Positions 40,710-55,333 are shown, counted from the stretch's first letter. The stretch: 64,000 nt of DNA from Eledone cirrhosa (GCA_964016885.1 OZ024740.1:113584001-113648000); one strand, 5' to 3'. Translations and numbers: made by a program. The notes: generated from the letters alone by a model not told the origin.

Positions 40710-40900
40710 GCTATCAACTCATAGCTTCTAACTTTAATGGGAGGAACATCGGGTTGACAGCCTGGTGTACGTAGCGAAGTCACTTATGTTTTGGGTTCGA
40801 GTACTACGCAGGCTGAAGCAGATTTCTTCCGTTATGGGGTTTTATATTCCTGTTATTAGAATATTTTCTGTATTTCTTTAGCGAAAATACGGTGAAAACT
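40710..40900 (+). mobile_element. Diverged relative of family C (tRNA-like module with conserved flanks)
   Basis: Upstream atagcttctaactttaatgg..cgggttga and downstream atttctttagcgaaaatacgg match family C. The module is closed by cagcctg/caggctg and contains gggttcgag. Confidence 0.55.
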
Positions 40901-40904
40901 TTTT

Positions 40905-40946
<42 letters not shown>

Positions 40947-41113
40947 AAAAAAATCCTCGCTCTACTTGGCTGAATAAAATAAATGTAATCTGACCTTTTC
41001 GAATATTAATAACAATATTCGATTCGTTTGCAGTTATGCAAACAGTCTCTTTTTTAAAGCCATGTCAGTAGAATGAGCCCCTCATTCTTGCTCATGTCTT
41101 GGCATGTAAACAA

Positions 41114-41152
41114 AACTAATGTTTCTGGGTATCACCCTTCATCAGTGCAGTT
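41114..41152 (-). ncRNA. Decayed hammerhead related to 14834-14876
   Basis: CTGATGA agggt gat accc a GAAACAT. The stem III/I junction appears deleted. Confidence 0.5.
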
Positions 41153-41706
41153 CAGTGTTCACTTCTTGCCAACTGTCAGAGCTAGTGAAAATATATGAAT
41201 TATTTTTTTTTATTACTTATTATTTATATATATTGAAGATAGTATTATAAGTTACTAATCTTATGTTTAAATATATGTTTCCTCTGACTTTGTTTTAACT
41301 CCCATACGGTTGAGTAAAATTAGACTGTAATTAACTGCTTCTTCTAGCAATGAACTTACTGGCTACCAGTCTACCCTTCACAATACTTCTAACTTGACCG
41401 TTAGCCACGTGATTATTTTTATTCCTTTTGAATTTGTTACTGGCGACGATTACTTTGGAAAAAATCCGTTCTCACTTAGGAAGACCCTTGATAAGTTTGG
41501 ATAATGCAGTAATCTTGCATATTTTCCCATAGCACAAGCGAAACTGTCGACAGAGGGACTGGAGGAATATTGGTAAACATTTATCTATTATTTCTTCAAA
41601 CTTACATTTGAAACTTAGCTACGTTTAATTGATTATTTATTTAGTTAATTTCTCCGGACTGAGAAGAAAAATTGGGTAAACTTTAACTGTTTGTTCTTCA
41701 AACTTA

Positions 41707-41795
<89 letters not shown>

Positions 41796-42279
41796 ATGCC
41801 ACTCCACTTTACATGTTTCTGTCCTAGGTATTCTTTTACATGAGGACTAGTTAGACTGTGAGCAGTGCTTGATTTTTCTGCTGGGGTTCCAGTTTCCCGA
41901 ATGGACTCAGCTTCCCTTCTAAGTTTCTTAATCTTTACTTACCCTTGCACACATACGCTCGCCCTTAATTTTCTACCCTAGCCATTGTCATCCCTACCTC
42001 AACCGCAACATCACACGCGCACACATTCACGCCAGCTTTGTACAGACCAACAACAAACACGCACACTCATCTACGCTTACATTCGCCTCAGACGCGGCAA
42101 CAGTAACTCTCACACACACACTTTTAAATGTATATATACAAACACATAACTTCAGAGTTTCGTATAGACAAACTACACACACATACACACTCACACACAC
42201 ACACACACTCACGCACTCACTCACACACACATACACACACACACATACGTCTCCACTCTATGTACAAAAGTATGTTTTC

Positions 42280-42575
42280 ATCTTCAGCACGATAGAAACG
42301 CCTTCGATCACAGCCTTTCAAAACACGACCAACTGACCTTCTTATACCGACTTGGATTCAGCAGAGATGGCGACCTGAATAGACCTGTTTTTTCTCAATG
42401 AATCTTTTTGTTTTCGTTTCTACCACAGATCCCTCTCCCCCTTCTTTCTATTTCTTCTTTAATTTCTCATATTTTCTGATGAAATACTAACGTCCGAGAC
42501 GTTAAGACATTTTTACTACTATATCAAGCATAATACTAATATATTCCTGTGTCATTTGTTTTGTTATTTCGGTTT
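42280..42575 (+). mobile_element. Probable decayed 3' end of a Penelope-like element with relic hammerhead (42469-42510)
   Basis: LYRLGFSRDGDLN weakly resembles the PLE C-terminal LI..LG....GLN. It is followed by atatttt CTGATGA..gtcc GAGACGT T aagacat (GAAA changed to GAGA) and a T-rich tail into (TA)n. Confidence 0.4.
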
Positions 42576-42610
42576 AACTTTTGCATATATATATATATAT
42601 ACATATACGT

Positions 42611-42673
<63 letters not shown>

Positions 42674-43503
42674 GGGGGTGGGTGTGTTCGCATTTCTGAA
42701 AGCACGCTGATGCTTAAAATAGACAATAAGTACTTCAGACTGAGTACTATTTTCGTCATGGTCGGTGAGGGTGGTTCAATATATTTTATTTCATTAAGTC
42801 ACAGCCCTTTGTTCTACTTTGAAATGGTGTGGTACTATCCGGAATATGTCATGTTATATATTTCTTCCACCTTAATGATTAAAAAATTATGTATTTTAAC
42901 TGAGACATTATTTGAAAAGGGCAAGGAACATGTGCATATCACTTACTGTTAAATATCTTTTTTGGTTTTGGTTTGCTTTGTCTATGTAAGGGAGAGGCTT
43001 CTAATTTTGAGTTCAAACTATTGTATTTTTCTTATTCCACTAGTATCACTGGGAAAGCTTTAAAGATGTAAAGACTTATCTCTTCACCCATTCGAAATAT
43101 AAAGATTGCATTAATTTTGAAAACTAAGCCAATACAGACATATCTTGTTTTACCAAAGCTGCTTAATGTTTTAAAACAAAACGATACACTTAAATGTAAT
43201 TCAGAAAACAAAGACACAATTAATGGCATACATTACTTGATATATATCAGTATCATTTTAATTTTATAAATCTTTTACTTAAATTTGATAGATAAAATAA
43301 CAGAAATCCAACGAAATTTCATCGTAAATACAGACATGAAGTAAAACATAACCGAACGTGAGAAGTGTCTAAACAAAATATAAAGCCTACGTTAATGTTA
43401 TAAAACAAAGAAACCATGAAATTTACATATACACATTTTACAAAGGATGCCATACTGTCTATACTGAAACGTAGAACCGTAAACATATATGCATACATAT
43501 ATG

Positions 43504-43586
<83 letters not shown>

Positions 43587-43657
43587 GTGTGTGTGTGTAT
43601 GTGTGTGGTGTGTTAGTGTGTGTACATATTATATATACATATATATGTATGTATGTG

Positions 43658-43704
<47 letters not shown>

Positions 43705-43735
43705 ATGTGTATATATATATATATATGTGTATGTG

Positions 43736-43846
<111 letters not shown>

Positions 43847-44363
43847 CAAAAGAGAGAAAAGGAGAGAGAGATTAGTTCAAGTCAGTGTCCTGTGTAGTCA
43901 CAAGCTCATCACACACATAATGATATAGATATGCGTATATATTCTTTTATTCTTTTAGTGTTTATAATCATTAAAACTGCGACCACGCTGAAGCACCACC
44001 CGGACGGGAAATCAATGGAAATAAACATTGCACAGGGAGAACACTAAATAATAGAAATACTAAACAAATATCGAAGATAGTTGAATAGATGTGTACAACG
44101 ATAATAAATAATGAAAAATATCCACCTTCTGTCGATGTCGGAGGCTCCAGCAATTTTGTGCAACTGTTGCTGAAACATCAGTCATGTTACTGGAAATAAT
44201 TAGATGGTTGTTTATGTGACATGAGATCTCTACGCACGACGTCAAGCCTAGATGGAGCGCAGTGTAATATTTCAATAGGAATAAGTGGTAGCCATATTAC
44301 ATTGCTAACCGCCGAGGTTCTTCTATCTATATATTATTACATGGCGGCAAATCAAACGTCATG

Positions 44364-44469
<106 letters not shown>

Positions 44470-44543
44470 CATACATATATACATATGTTTAGATATATAT
44501 ATTTATACATTTATATATATATATAAACACGCCCACACATATA

Positions 44544-44607
<64 letters not shown>

Positions 44608-44904
44608 CATATATACATATGTTTAGATATATCTATCACGCACACACATATATATTTATATATATATATATATATACATGTGTGTGCGTGTGCGCGCGTG
44701 TGTGTGTGCGTGTGTGTCTTTGTGTGAGTGAGTGTGTAGTATGTCTCTCTAGAAACGTTACAGTAAGAGTTATTGCCGTTATTATTGAGGCTGATGTTTA
44801 ATGGTGTCTCTGTTAATATCAACCGAATTAAGAATAGTTTATTCTCGATTCAGCTAAATTGGGAAATTCAAAACCGTTCAATAATACCCACCTCCTCCTC
44901 CTTC

Positions 44905-45260
44905 TCACCATCATCATGATCATCATGATCAGGATCATGATCATCATGATCATCTTCATCATCTTCTTCTTCATCATCATCATCCGCATCCTCCTCTTTC
45001 TCCTTCTCATCACCATTATCATCCTTATCATTATCGTCATCACCATCACCATCATCATCATCATCATCATCGTTGTCATCATCATTATCATCATCATCAT
45101 TATCATCATCATTATCATTCTTATTAATACCCCCCCATCTCCTCCTCCTGCTCCTTCTTCTTCTTCTCCTCCTCCTCATCATCATCATCAGCATCATCAT
45201 TATCATCAATATCATGTCCCACTTCCCCCATCATCAACATCATCATCTTCATCATCATGA
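44905..45260. repeat. Degenerate (ATC)n trinucleotide tract
   Basis: Direct reading. Source of the poly-I/H/S/D/M ORFs. Confidence 0.93.
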
Positions 45261-47135
45261 GCATTATTATTATTATTTTCTTTTCCTTTGTCATCTTCCT
45301 CTACATCATATTTAAAAAAATATTTTTCCACTTTGTCATCTCAATCAAAACCAGTGCAGCCACACAATAGCTGACTACCTTCCCTACCATCACTAACACC
45401 ACCCCACCACTGTGATTGCCTTCAGCTCCACCAAACCATTTAAGTAATTTCTACTCAGCCCATGCTACTACAGCAACCAAACTGTACTGATCAACACAAT
45501 AACTATATGCCACTAAATTTCTCAAAAATTGTTATACTTCAGTTCTAAGGCTATCGCGTCTCCACCTCACCATCAAGCCCGCTGCCGTCACAACCAGCCT
45601 TGTACTTCACAAACCCCTTTATATCCCCCACCAACATAACCAACAGCCCCACTATCCCCACCACAAACACTATATACACTAATACGACAATATCTAAAAT
45701 ATCACTATCAAAATCGAATTCGATGGACCTCTGTCGGATTCGACTCTGATTGTTCCAGTAGCAATCAATTTTAAGCTTGAGAGAGGACTGACTTGGTTGG
45801 GTGTGAGAGTAGTCTGTCTACTATTTGACTGACACTTTATTTATCAAATTCAAAGTGATTAAAGGCAAAATTGGCCTCAGTGGGATATGAAATCAGATCA
45901 CAGAAAACTTGAAGAAATATTTCAAGGCATTATGTCCGACGGTCTAACAACTCACTTAATTTACCAGTTAGCGTTGTTCTGGTGTTTTCTATTGTTATTG
46001 CTTTTCGTACAATATTTTTCTCAATAAAATTCATGTTTCCCAAATTATTCTTTCTCTTACATTGTAAATATTTAAGTATTTAAGCTTGAAGGCCTGTCTG
46101 TGTCTTTGTTCAGTATTTTTCCATTTCCTGTTACATTTTTTTCATATTTGTTTTTAATTGTTTTTTTCTCCAAAATACTGTGTCGATGTGTTTATTCAAG
46201 ATATTATGGGATGCCGATGCTTTTTTCACTGCATTGAGTTTTTTTTATGACACTTCTGAAGATATTTTGAACCAAAAATAATAACCAGTAGAAACATAAA
46301 GGTAATAAATAATTTCTAAAGAACAATTTTCCTTTACATCAGAGAAATGGTTGAAACCTCAAACAATGAGAGCTGCAAAATTTGAAGGAAACCTTCCCTT
46401 CTTCGCAGTAATCCATTAAAAAGAATTACAATATTCGTGAAGTGCTCCCAGGAGCCGTCCACTCGTTTCAACATACAATAATATTAAACAGAAGAACGAG
46501 AGGAGCCTGTAAAATATGAAACAATGAAGAATATAGACAAATATAAATGCATTATGACTCCGTATCAGTTAAGCAAGTGTTGCACAAGCAAACACACACA
46601 TACACACACTACAGTATATGTCCCAGAATACAAAACTAATCACACGTACAGATATAGAGACGAACACAGACAGTTAAACACAGAAACACAAACACACAAA
46701 ACACACATGCATACAAATAAACCCACACAAACACACATACATCAACACACATTCTCTGTAAATCAAGCTGGAAGATATGCAAAAGACAAACATAATAAAT
46801 ATATAAATTTAAAAAAAATCCTTTGCACTATTTTAAAAACAAAAAAAGGCCATTTTAAAAAAACAACAGCAATAACAACAACAAACGCAATAACAGTAAT
46901 AATAGTAACGACAACATCGATAAAAAATGCAAACAGAAAAAAAAGAATCGACATTTCCAAGAGAATAATGTGAGAAAAGAAATCGATTTTTAACCACATG
47001 TGAACTGCAAGTTAATATTAGGGAAGGTGATTGATGATGGAAGAAGACAGGGAGAGAAATATCTATTATTTTTGTTATTATTTATACAATAATATAATAT
47101 AATACAATAAAAGAAATAATTATTATTTATTATTA

Positions 47136-47287
47136 TTCAAATCCCGCCGAGGTTAACTTTCCCTTTCATCCTTACAATGTCGATAAAATAAAGTACCAGT
47201 AATGCACTGGTTAATTGCTCGCCTTGTGCCAAAAGTAGAAACAATTATTATTTATTATTATCATTATTATTATTATTATTATTATTG
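47136..47287 (+). mobile_element. SINE 3' two-thirds with (ATT)n tail
   Basis: Starts at the B box ttcaaatccc. Confidence 0.88.
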
Positions 47288-47504
47288 GCGACCTACGTAG
47301 TAAATCGTATCATCGTGAGCTCCGCAAAGGTTTCTTATTTTCAGTTGTTTAAAATTGCCATTTATGGAAATTTTTTATTGTTAACTGTATATAAGTGCAC
47401 ATACATTTATTTCCGAAAAGGACACTCAAAAAGATTGGGGCCTTGAGCCCAAAATTTAAACTTTTTATAATTATCAAACAAAAAAGAAATTTCTTTGAAA
47501 AATC

Positions 47505-48950
47505 ATGGCCGATTCAGCGACACACCTTCCTCAGAAACTAACATCTCACACCAACACCACCATTGTAAATATTACTACGTTTGCCAACACTAAAAATATA
47601 AGCAGTAGCAATATTTTAAATTTATCTCAGGCAGACGTTCATTTCCCGCCATTAACAATGACTGCGGGTGTTAAAGCCGCCAACCCCACCGCCTCGACCA
47701 CAGCGACAACAGAAACAAAATAAAAAAAAAAATAAATTAACTCGTGATATCGAAAAGAATTCAACCAAAATAAATTCTTCCACACCGAACACCACTGACG
47801 CCACCACCAACACAACTGAGACTAAAATTAACAATAACAAAAATAACGATAACAACAACAATGAAATTAAGAAAACTACCCGGTCTTTTGCGAGAGTAGC
47901 AAAAACGTGCGAAGAGATCCAGGTAACTCAGGATGAATTAGAAGAATCCAAATGAATGGTAAAGTAAGATGGGTACAGGGTCAGCCTCACCCCCCCCCCA
48001 CACCTAATAAAATGGAGCATCGTCGCCTATGCACCGTGTCTTATCGGACAATTAACATAAAATCGCGCCGAGTGGAACGGAACGGGAATCCGAGTCCCAA
48101 ATCCCAAAAGTTTGGGACATGTGTGGGCAAAAAAACCCCACATCAGACGTCGGCAGAAATATGAAACCGTGAATGTGTTCTTTGAAACACCACAGGAGGC
48201 CAGAGAACACTCCATGGCCCATTAAGATGTGACGACTTCACACTCGTCCCAAGCTATTGTAGCCAGAGACTCGTGAAGATCATGGTGACCCACGTTCCAC
48301 CGGCCATCGAAATTCCCTGGCTAATGGCTGCCGTCCTCGCTGGCATCGAGCCCAACACCAAGATAAACGAAATAGAGAGAGAAAAGCAGGAGAACTGGTC
48401 CGGATCTGGGATGGAGCTCCTGATCCAAGCGGACCATAAAAGCATTGAGGAGATCCCAGAGGTAATAGACCTCACTGACGGCAGCCACCTCACCGTAATC
48501 GTCGAGGGCAGAAGGCCTAGGTGTGTCGTTTGTGGTGAAGGAACCCACATATAGGCTTTCTGCCCTCAGGCTAAATGGTTGAGGTCACATCTCTTACCCA
48601 CCCCAGTGACTCAACCATCAACACCACCAGCAGCAGAGATGACAGCAACAACTCTAGCCGCAACAACAGAAGCAACTGTAACAGCAACAACCGCAACAAC
48701 AGTAGCAAAACCAACACCACCACCACCCAACGCGCCAGAACTAGCGCCAGCGCCTACACCATCCACCACGCCACAACCAAAACCAACGCCTGTGGAGGAT
48801 TTTCCACTGCCCGGCTTATCGCAACTGGAGACAGATTGTGACGACGAGGAGTGGGAAACGGTATCAGGAAAAAAGAAAAAAAGAAACCAAAAAAGAAAAA
48901 AATTCTCTTCCTTCCCCCTCCAAAAACAAAATACAGAGGGAAACAAATAA
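47505..48950 (+). pseudogene. Tx1-type ORF1 (gag-like, CCHC knuckle, Pro/Thr-rich and basic tail), disrupted
   Basis: SFARVA, VIVEGRRPRCVVCGEGTHI*AFCP (CX2CX4HX4C), EWETVSGKKKKR. Confidence 0.8.
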
Positions 48951-49466
48951 ACTATCAAACAAAAAAGTTAGGACAGATATGCTACCATCCAAACCAGCAT
49001 CACCAACCCCATCACCACAAACACCAACACCATCACCATCATTAACCCCAACACCACCATCACCAACACCACAAAAGTCACCAAAAAGCGTAACAGAAAC
49101 AAACCCACAACAAACGCAAACGAAACAAAACAACCAAAACGATACACACTACACAGCATTAAATTTGAACAACAACCAATTATTACACTACATCCAACAC
49201 AACACCAGCATCACAGAAAAAGACTACACACCAACCCAAAAGTTCACACCACCTCCACACATACAAATCACTCGCATCACACAGAAAACGTACACGACAC
49301 TAAAACAAAAATTCCCCAAAGACATCGGAGACAAACACTCTCCAGGAGGATTTATAAGGACATCCTTCCGGAGTAGGCCACAAGCAGTAAAAAGGATGGA
49401 CAAACAATCCTTCCTCTACGAGAAGTAAGGTAAGTGGTCTTTCCCATCTTTCCACTCCATTTCAAC

Positions 49467-51301
49467 ATGACCCCCTCTCAGAATAGGTAGCATAAATGCG
49501 CGTGGCTTGGGGTCGTCATGGAAGCAGGGCCACATGCTCAACGACCTCAAGTCACTAAACATAGATGTAGTGGCCATCAGCGAAACCAGAATCTCCGAAG
49601 CACGGGCCTTCGCACCGATCTTCGGCGTCTACGATGTGTACGCATCTCCCAGCCGTCCGGGATCGGGGTGAGGTGTTGCTGTGCTTTTTCGGAGAGGTTT
49701 GGATCTCGCCATACGGGCCATCTTCCTGGACCCAGAAGGTAAGATGGTGGTGCTAGACGTGACCAGCGGAGACGGGCAAGCTTTCAGGCTAGTGGTCGTC
49801 TATGCCCCGACAGGAGCAGGGCGGCCTGATTTCTTCCGGCGTCTAGAGACCTTTCTTGAAACATCCCGCTCTTTAGTGTTAGTGGGCGACTGGAACGGGA
49901 TCTTAGATGCACGCTGGGACTGTGTGGGATTAGCGGATAGGGTGCAAGAGCCTCAGCAACCTGCTCAGGCGTTTTGAACTGTCTGACAGGTACCGATTGG
50001 ATTTCCCGAATGTGCCAATGTGGACTTGGACAAATCGCATAGGGTCATCCAGTTCATATCTAGATAGAGTATTTTGTAGGGAAATAGATAGGTCTAGCGT
50101 AGGCTGTCCACAATTCAAGATAGTCAGCTACACGGACCACAAATTCGTGATCTGTGTGCTTGAATTAGATAGGCTTCATAGACGCGGACCCGGCTACTGG
50201 AAATAAAACGCGTCTTTACCAGCGCGCAAGTCCTACAGAGACCGGATTAGCGAACTAGTTAAGCGGGCGTTGACGGGGGCCATCTTCAACAACAAGTGGT
50301 GGTTTTCTCTGAAAAGAGCAATTAGAATAGAATCCATTAGGTTTGGTAAGGCTTTAGCAATAGAGAAAAATAGAGCAGAGGGAGAATTAGTTAGAAAATT
50401 AGACGAGGCATTAACAAAGGCATCGCGACCACGTACTTGCGGCGAAAATGGCCCTTGACCAATTCTTCAATGCAAAGCACGAAGGCTGCGTTGTCAGAGC
50501 TAGAGTGCGTGCTCTCAGACACGAGGGGACGAAAGCTGTTCAATGGGCCCGAGTGGCGGAGGCGCGTCGTGGCGCATGCTACACGATCCTGGGCAAATGT
50601 GTGAATCTTTTCAGCGACACTTCGCAGAGTTGTTCGGGAGCAGCGGCGGGATGGATCGAGGGATGGACTCTAGTGTCTACCTCGACGAACTGCCGCGGCT
50701 CTCGGCCACAGAGGCGAGGTGTTGCGAAAAGCCGATAACAGCCGCTGAAGTACGGGAGGTAATGACTGGCTGCACAAGGGGTAAATCGCCTGGTTTGGAT
50801 GGTCTGCCCTATGAACTTTACGTACAGATGCCAGACTTCTTCGGAGGCCTCTTGGCGGACGTCTACTGCAACTGGCAACAGAACGGGAGAATTCCCAGCT
50901 CTGTGAGCCGAGGAGCTGTGGCGCTGCTGAGAAAGGATCCGAACAAGGGGGATAACATAGATAATTTTAGGCCCATAATTCTGCTAAACACAGAGTTCAA
51001 GATTTTGGCCAAGGTGCTAGCAAAGAGGTTGGCGCCTGTCGTTGGTGGTCTGGTGGGAGAGGCGCAGATATGCGCCATTCCCGAGAGATTCATCCACGAC
51101 AACCTCCACCTCATGCGATACATCGTAGAGAGGGTAGCTAGGGAACCTGGCACGGGTGGGGCCTTGATCAATTTAGATCAGTCGAAAGCTTTCGATAGGG
51201 TCGACCATCGTTACCTAGCGGCAGTCCTGAGGTCGGCTGGCTTTGGGCCCGTCTTCAGAGGCTGGATCGCTGCCATGCACAGCGACATCTGCTCTGTGGT
51301 G
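49467..51301 (+). pseudogene. Tx1-type ORF2 (APE endonuclease + partial RT), disrupted
   Basis: IGSINARGL, DVVAISETR, VYAP, LVGDWN, SYLDRVF, TDHKFV, GPGYWK, KSPGLDGLPYELY, NFRPIILLNTEFKILAKVLAKRL, LDQSKAFDRVDH. Confidence 0.93.
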
Positions 51302-52020
51302 ATTTCTGGCCTTGTGGCAAAAGTAGAAACAATTATTATAATAATAATTATTATTAGAGTGGTGGGTTGGCAGTATCGGTAGAGCATCAGGCCACATGCT
51401 TTGCGGCATATAGTTATGGTATTTTGCATCATTCGGAGTTCAAATCCCGCCGAGGTTAGCTTTGACTTTCGTTTAAATAAATCACCAGTAATGAACTGGG
51501 TTCGATTTACTCCCCCCCCCCAATTGCTGGCCTTGTACCAATAATAGAAACCGTTACTATTATTATCATTAGGACGGTGGAGGACAGGGGCTTGGTAGAA
51601 TCATTAGAGTGTTGGAGAAAATGTTTTGCGGCATTTATTCCGGCTTTTTACGTTGTGAGTTCAATTCCCGCCAAGGTCTACTTTGCCTTTCATCCTTTCT
51701 GGGTTGATAAAATAAAGTACCAGTAATGCACTGTTGTTAATTTAACTGACTTTCCCTTCCCAAAAAATGATTGGCCTTGTGCCTATATAAGAAACCATTT
51801 TTAGGACGGTGTATTTGCAGAATCATTCGAGCGCCGAACTGTAGATGTTCCGGCTGCTTATTTTCTGCTTTCAAATCCCATCTATGTTAACTTTCTCTTT
51901 CATCTTTCCATGATCGATAAAATAAAGTACCAGTAAATTAATGGAGTCGGTGTAATCCACTTTCCCCCTGGGCACTTCCAAATTACTGATCTTTTGCATA
52001 AAAGAGAAATCCTTATTATT
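51302..52020 (+). mobile_element. Head-to-tail cluster of SINEs (tail fragment plus three diverged copies)
   Basis: Heads at ~51358, ~51572 and ~51805, each with a B box and tail. The first two are preceded by short (ATT)n. Confidence 0.85.
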
Positions 52021-52959
52021 GCTGCTTTTCTTTATCGTTTAGTAAATACATTAACAGTTTCAGTTCTTGAAACAAGAATTACATACATGATAGAGAACAA
52101 GCGGAGATTTTGATCAAGTTCACCAAATATGATATTACAGGATTAACTGACTGAATGGATCTTTACGAACTTTTCATAGAACATTCCTGTTAATCCTGTA
52201 CAACGCATCTCTTGCTGTATATTGTTAGTATAAGGGTTTATATATTTGTGTGGACTCTACCCAATGAAAGCAATATGCTATCATATCCGTTTCGGTAGTT
52301 AATACAGATAATATTAAGCTTGTTGATCTTCATTTTCTCTCCGTACTTAGCAATAATAATAAATTGAGGTAGTGAATGTGTATGTCTAGATATGTGTATG
52401 CGTGTGTATGCACACATGTATGTGCCTTATGTACTCCTAGTTTTATAATTTAATACATTTTAGTAAATTTTCTCCTAGAGAGAGACGATTTCTAATATAA
52501 AATCACAACTCATTCAATGGAATTATGACAGCTATATATATATGTATGTATTTAAGTGTGGAGGACTCATAAGAGCCCACATAAAAAAAATGTAAATATG
52601 TGTATACACATGTACATATGTATGTATATGCATGTGTGCAAGTGTATGTATAAGCGCAGGGTCAGAGAAATAGTCTGGCTGGATACCCGATCATGCAGTT
52701 AAACCACTGGGAGTGAAGGACCCCTAGACTTTGTCAGGGCATTCTTCTGGAGAAGGCAACTCGGGAAACTGGGATAACTCCGACAAAAAACCTGCAGCTC
52801 AGTAGTTACCGATGATGTTGATCTTTTCTTCTTTTCGGCTTATAGCTACTGTCACTCAGCGAGTGTGATTGGCTCGGTGCACAGTCATTGCAAGATAGAA
52901 TCAATTAGTAATGGTATATCGTGCAATGGCCATACTCGATTACGAAGGGGCAGCCATCA

Positions 52960-54930
52960 TGTATGTACGTTTGTATGTTCTTCTGGTTTTATAATTTCAC
53001 AAATGTTTGCCAATAGAGAGAGAGTCGGTTTCTAACATAGACACAAGAATCTCTCATTGGAATTTACACATCAACTAGATAGATATGTATGCATGTCTAC
53101 ATGCATGTGTAGATATGGATGTTATTGTATGTGTGGATGTGAATGTTTTGAGTTGTACGCGTGCATGTGTATATGCTTAGTATCTGTACATGTGAATATG
53201 TAGTTAGTAGATACAAAATATTTGGAATGTTTTACATATTTTTACTGTTCCATTAATGTATTGTACTTATAATTTCTTCTCAAGATTTGTATTGAGGCAG
53301 TTACTAACACATCCAAGTGCCCCAATAATCACAGGCATAAATGTGAAGGTATAATCAGTGTGGAGTATCTGCAGATTTCTCATCAGTTCTGCATAAATAT
53401 TCTCCCTTTCGCCTATCTTTGATATTATATTGGGATCTGCTGGACAGCTAACTCCCACTACTGTGCATGCCTTCTTTTCCCTGTCCCATATCATAATATC
53501 TGGTCTGTTATGCTTGCATTTTATTGGGGTTTTTACTTGAACATTCCACCATTACTCTTTCATTTTATGTATATATGTATGCCTTCCACATTGCCGTAGC
53601 GTTTAATGTATTTATTATCGGGGCTATCTTTTCTACGGATTGCATTGTACTGTGTTTTGGCCATTACATCATGCCTCATAGGTTGATAGTACCGCGATGA
53701 CATTTTGGACAGCTGCTTATGACATGGGTGACATCTTCGATGTTAATTCTGCAGAGTCTGCACTTGTTATCACATCTAGGTGTTCTGCCTGCATCCCTAT
53801 CTCTTTTGTGAATCAGGTATTTCGTGTTAATCTCCTGTTCTTGGATTGCAAACGTGTATCCTTCAAAGTGGGAGCCAATATAGCGGTTGTTGGTCCAAGA
53901 TAGACTACTTTCTTTATCTATATTACTCTCACTCTGGAGCGTCCTGGCAAAATATCCATGCATGATTCTTTGCTGATATTCATGCAGTTTTTCATCCGTG
54001 GATTCACTGACATTCTGCTGAACAACTTCCCTGGGTGTGAGTTTTTGATTATCACACAGGGAATACCTCTCGAGGAGTTCATTCCCAACTCTCATGCAAA
54101 TAGACTTGCTCGAGAGACGGGCTCCTACGATTTGAGGTTTGTAGATGTTGTCGGAGGGATATGATGCGACATTCAAATGCTGTCTGGACTGATGTTAGGC
54201 TCTGCCTCCCTGCTTACGTTTCAAGTAAAGGCGGTCTATGTGGACGTTTCCGGTTTTGTTTAGTATTTTTCGAGTTCTAACATCAATCGCTCGGATTTAG
54301 TCTATTGTCTAATTGAGTATTCCAAAAGTTGGTGTTAGTACAGGCACACCAAACTCATTGTGAGCCACTGTTTTGTTTTGCGTAGAGTGTTCCGATGACC
54401 AAATCTTTCTTAATCGGGTGTAGTATTCCCTGGTGACGCGTTCTTTATTACAGATACCATTATAGGATATGTTCTCATCTATCCGCAGGTATCTGTAGCA
54501 GTCCTTATCAAATATTGGTGAAACAGTTAGGCCATTGATACAAATGTTGCTAGATTGGGTTGTTGTTTTTCCCCGCTTTACAGTCATATATGAGCATTTA
54601 TCTTGGCCAAACTCCATTCCTTTATCCTTTGAGAATGTTGTAACCCGGTTAACATTTTTCTTTATCCCATCCATGTTCTTGGCATAGAGTTTCAGATCTT
54701 CCACAAAGAAATTATGGGTTAGGTTCGTATTTCTGTTCTCCTGTGAGCCAATGATGTATCCTTCACATTTCTTGAACAGAAAGGACAAGGGGTTAAATGA
54801 CAGGATGAATAATATCACAGAGAGACTGTCTCCCTGAAATATACCACTGCGATATTTTATTTTATCAGTGAACATAGAGTCCTCCTTTTGTGTCTTTAAC
54901 TTTAGGATAGTAGCTCAAGAAGAATGCATG
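52960..54930 (-). mobile_element. R4/Dong-clade non-LTR retrotransposon, 3' part (RT, CCHC finger, PD-(D/E)xK endonuclease, 3' UTR)
   Basis: GIFQGDSLS, THNFFVEDLKLYA, GMEFGQDKC, QEQEINTK, CRLC..EDVTHVISSCP, RHD, NRPDIMIWD..VSCP.D.N, PVIIGALG, GTVKICKTF. Frameshifted. Confidence 0.92.
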
Positions 54931-55059
54931 TTTGTATGTATATTCTTAAATTCTTTTACTGGTTTCAGTCATTATACTGCGGTCATACTATTATATCGAT
55001 TTAGTCGCACCTATTGGATCAGTAATTTTTATTTCATATCTGGTATATATTTCGTCACG

Positions 55060-55333
<274 letters not shown>

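Larger units (their letters stand above)
47288..51301 (+). mobile_element. L1/Tx1-clade LINE, 5' end present, RT truncated
   Basis: Putative 5' UTR, ORF1 with zinc knuckle, and ORF2 with APE plus RT N-terminus. Multiple frameshifts and stops. Confidence 0.92.
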
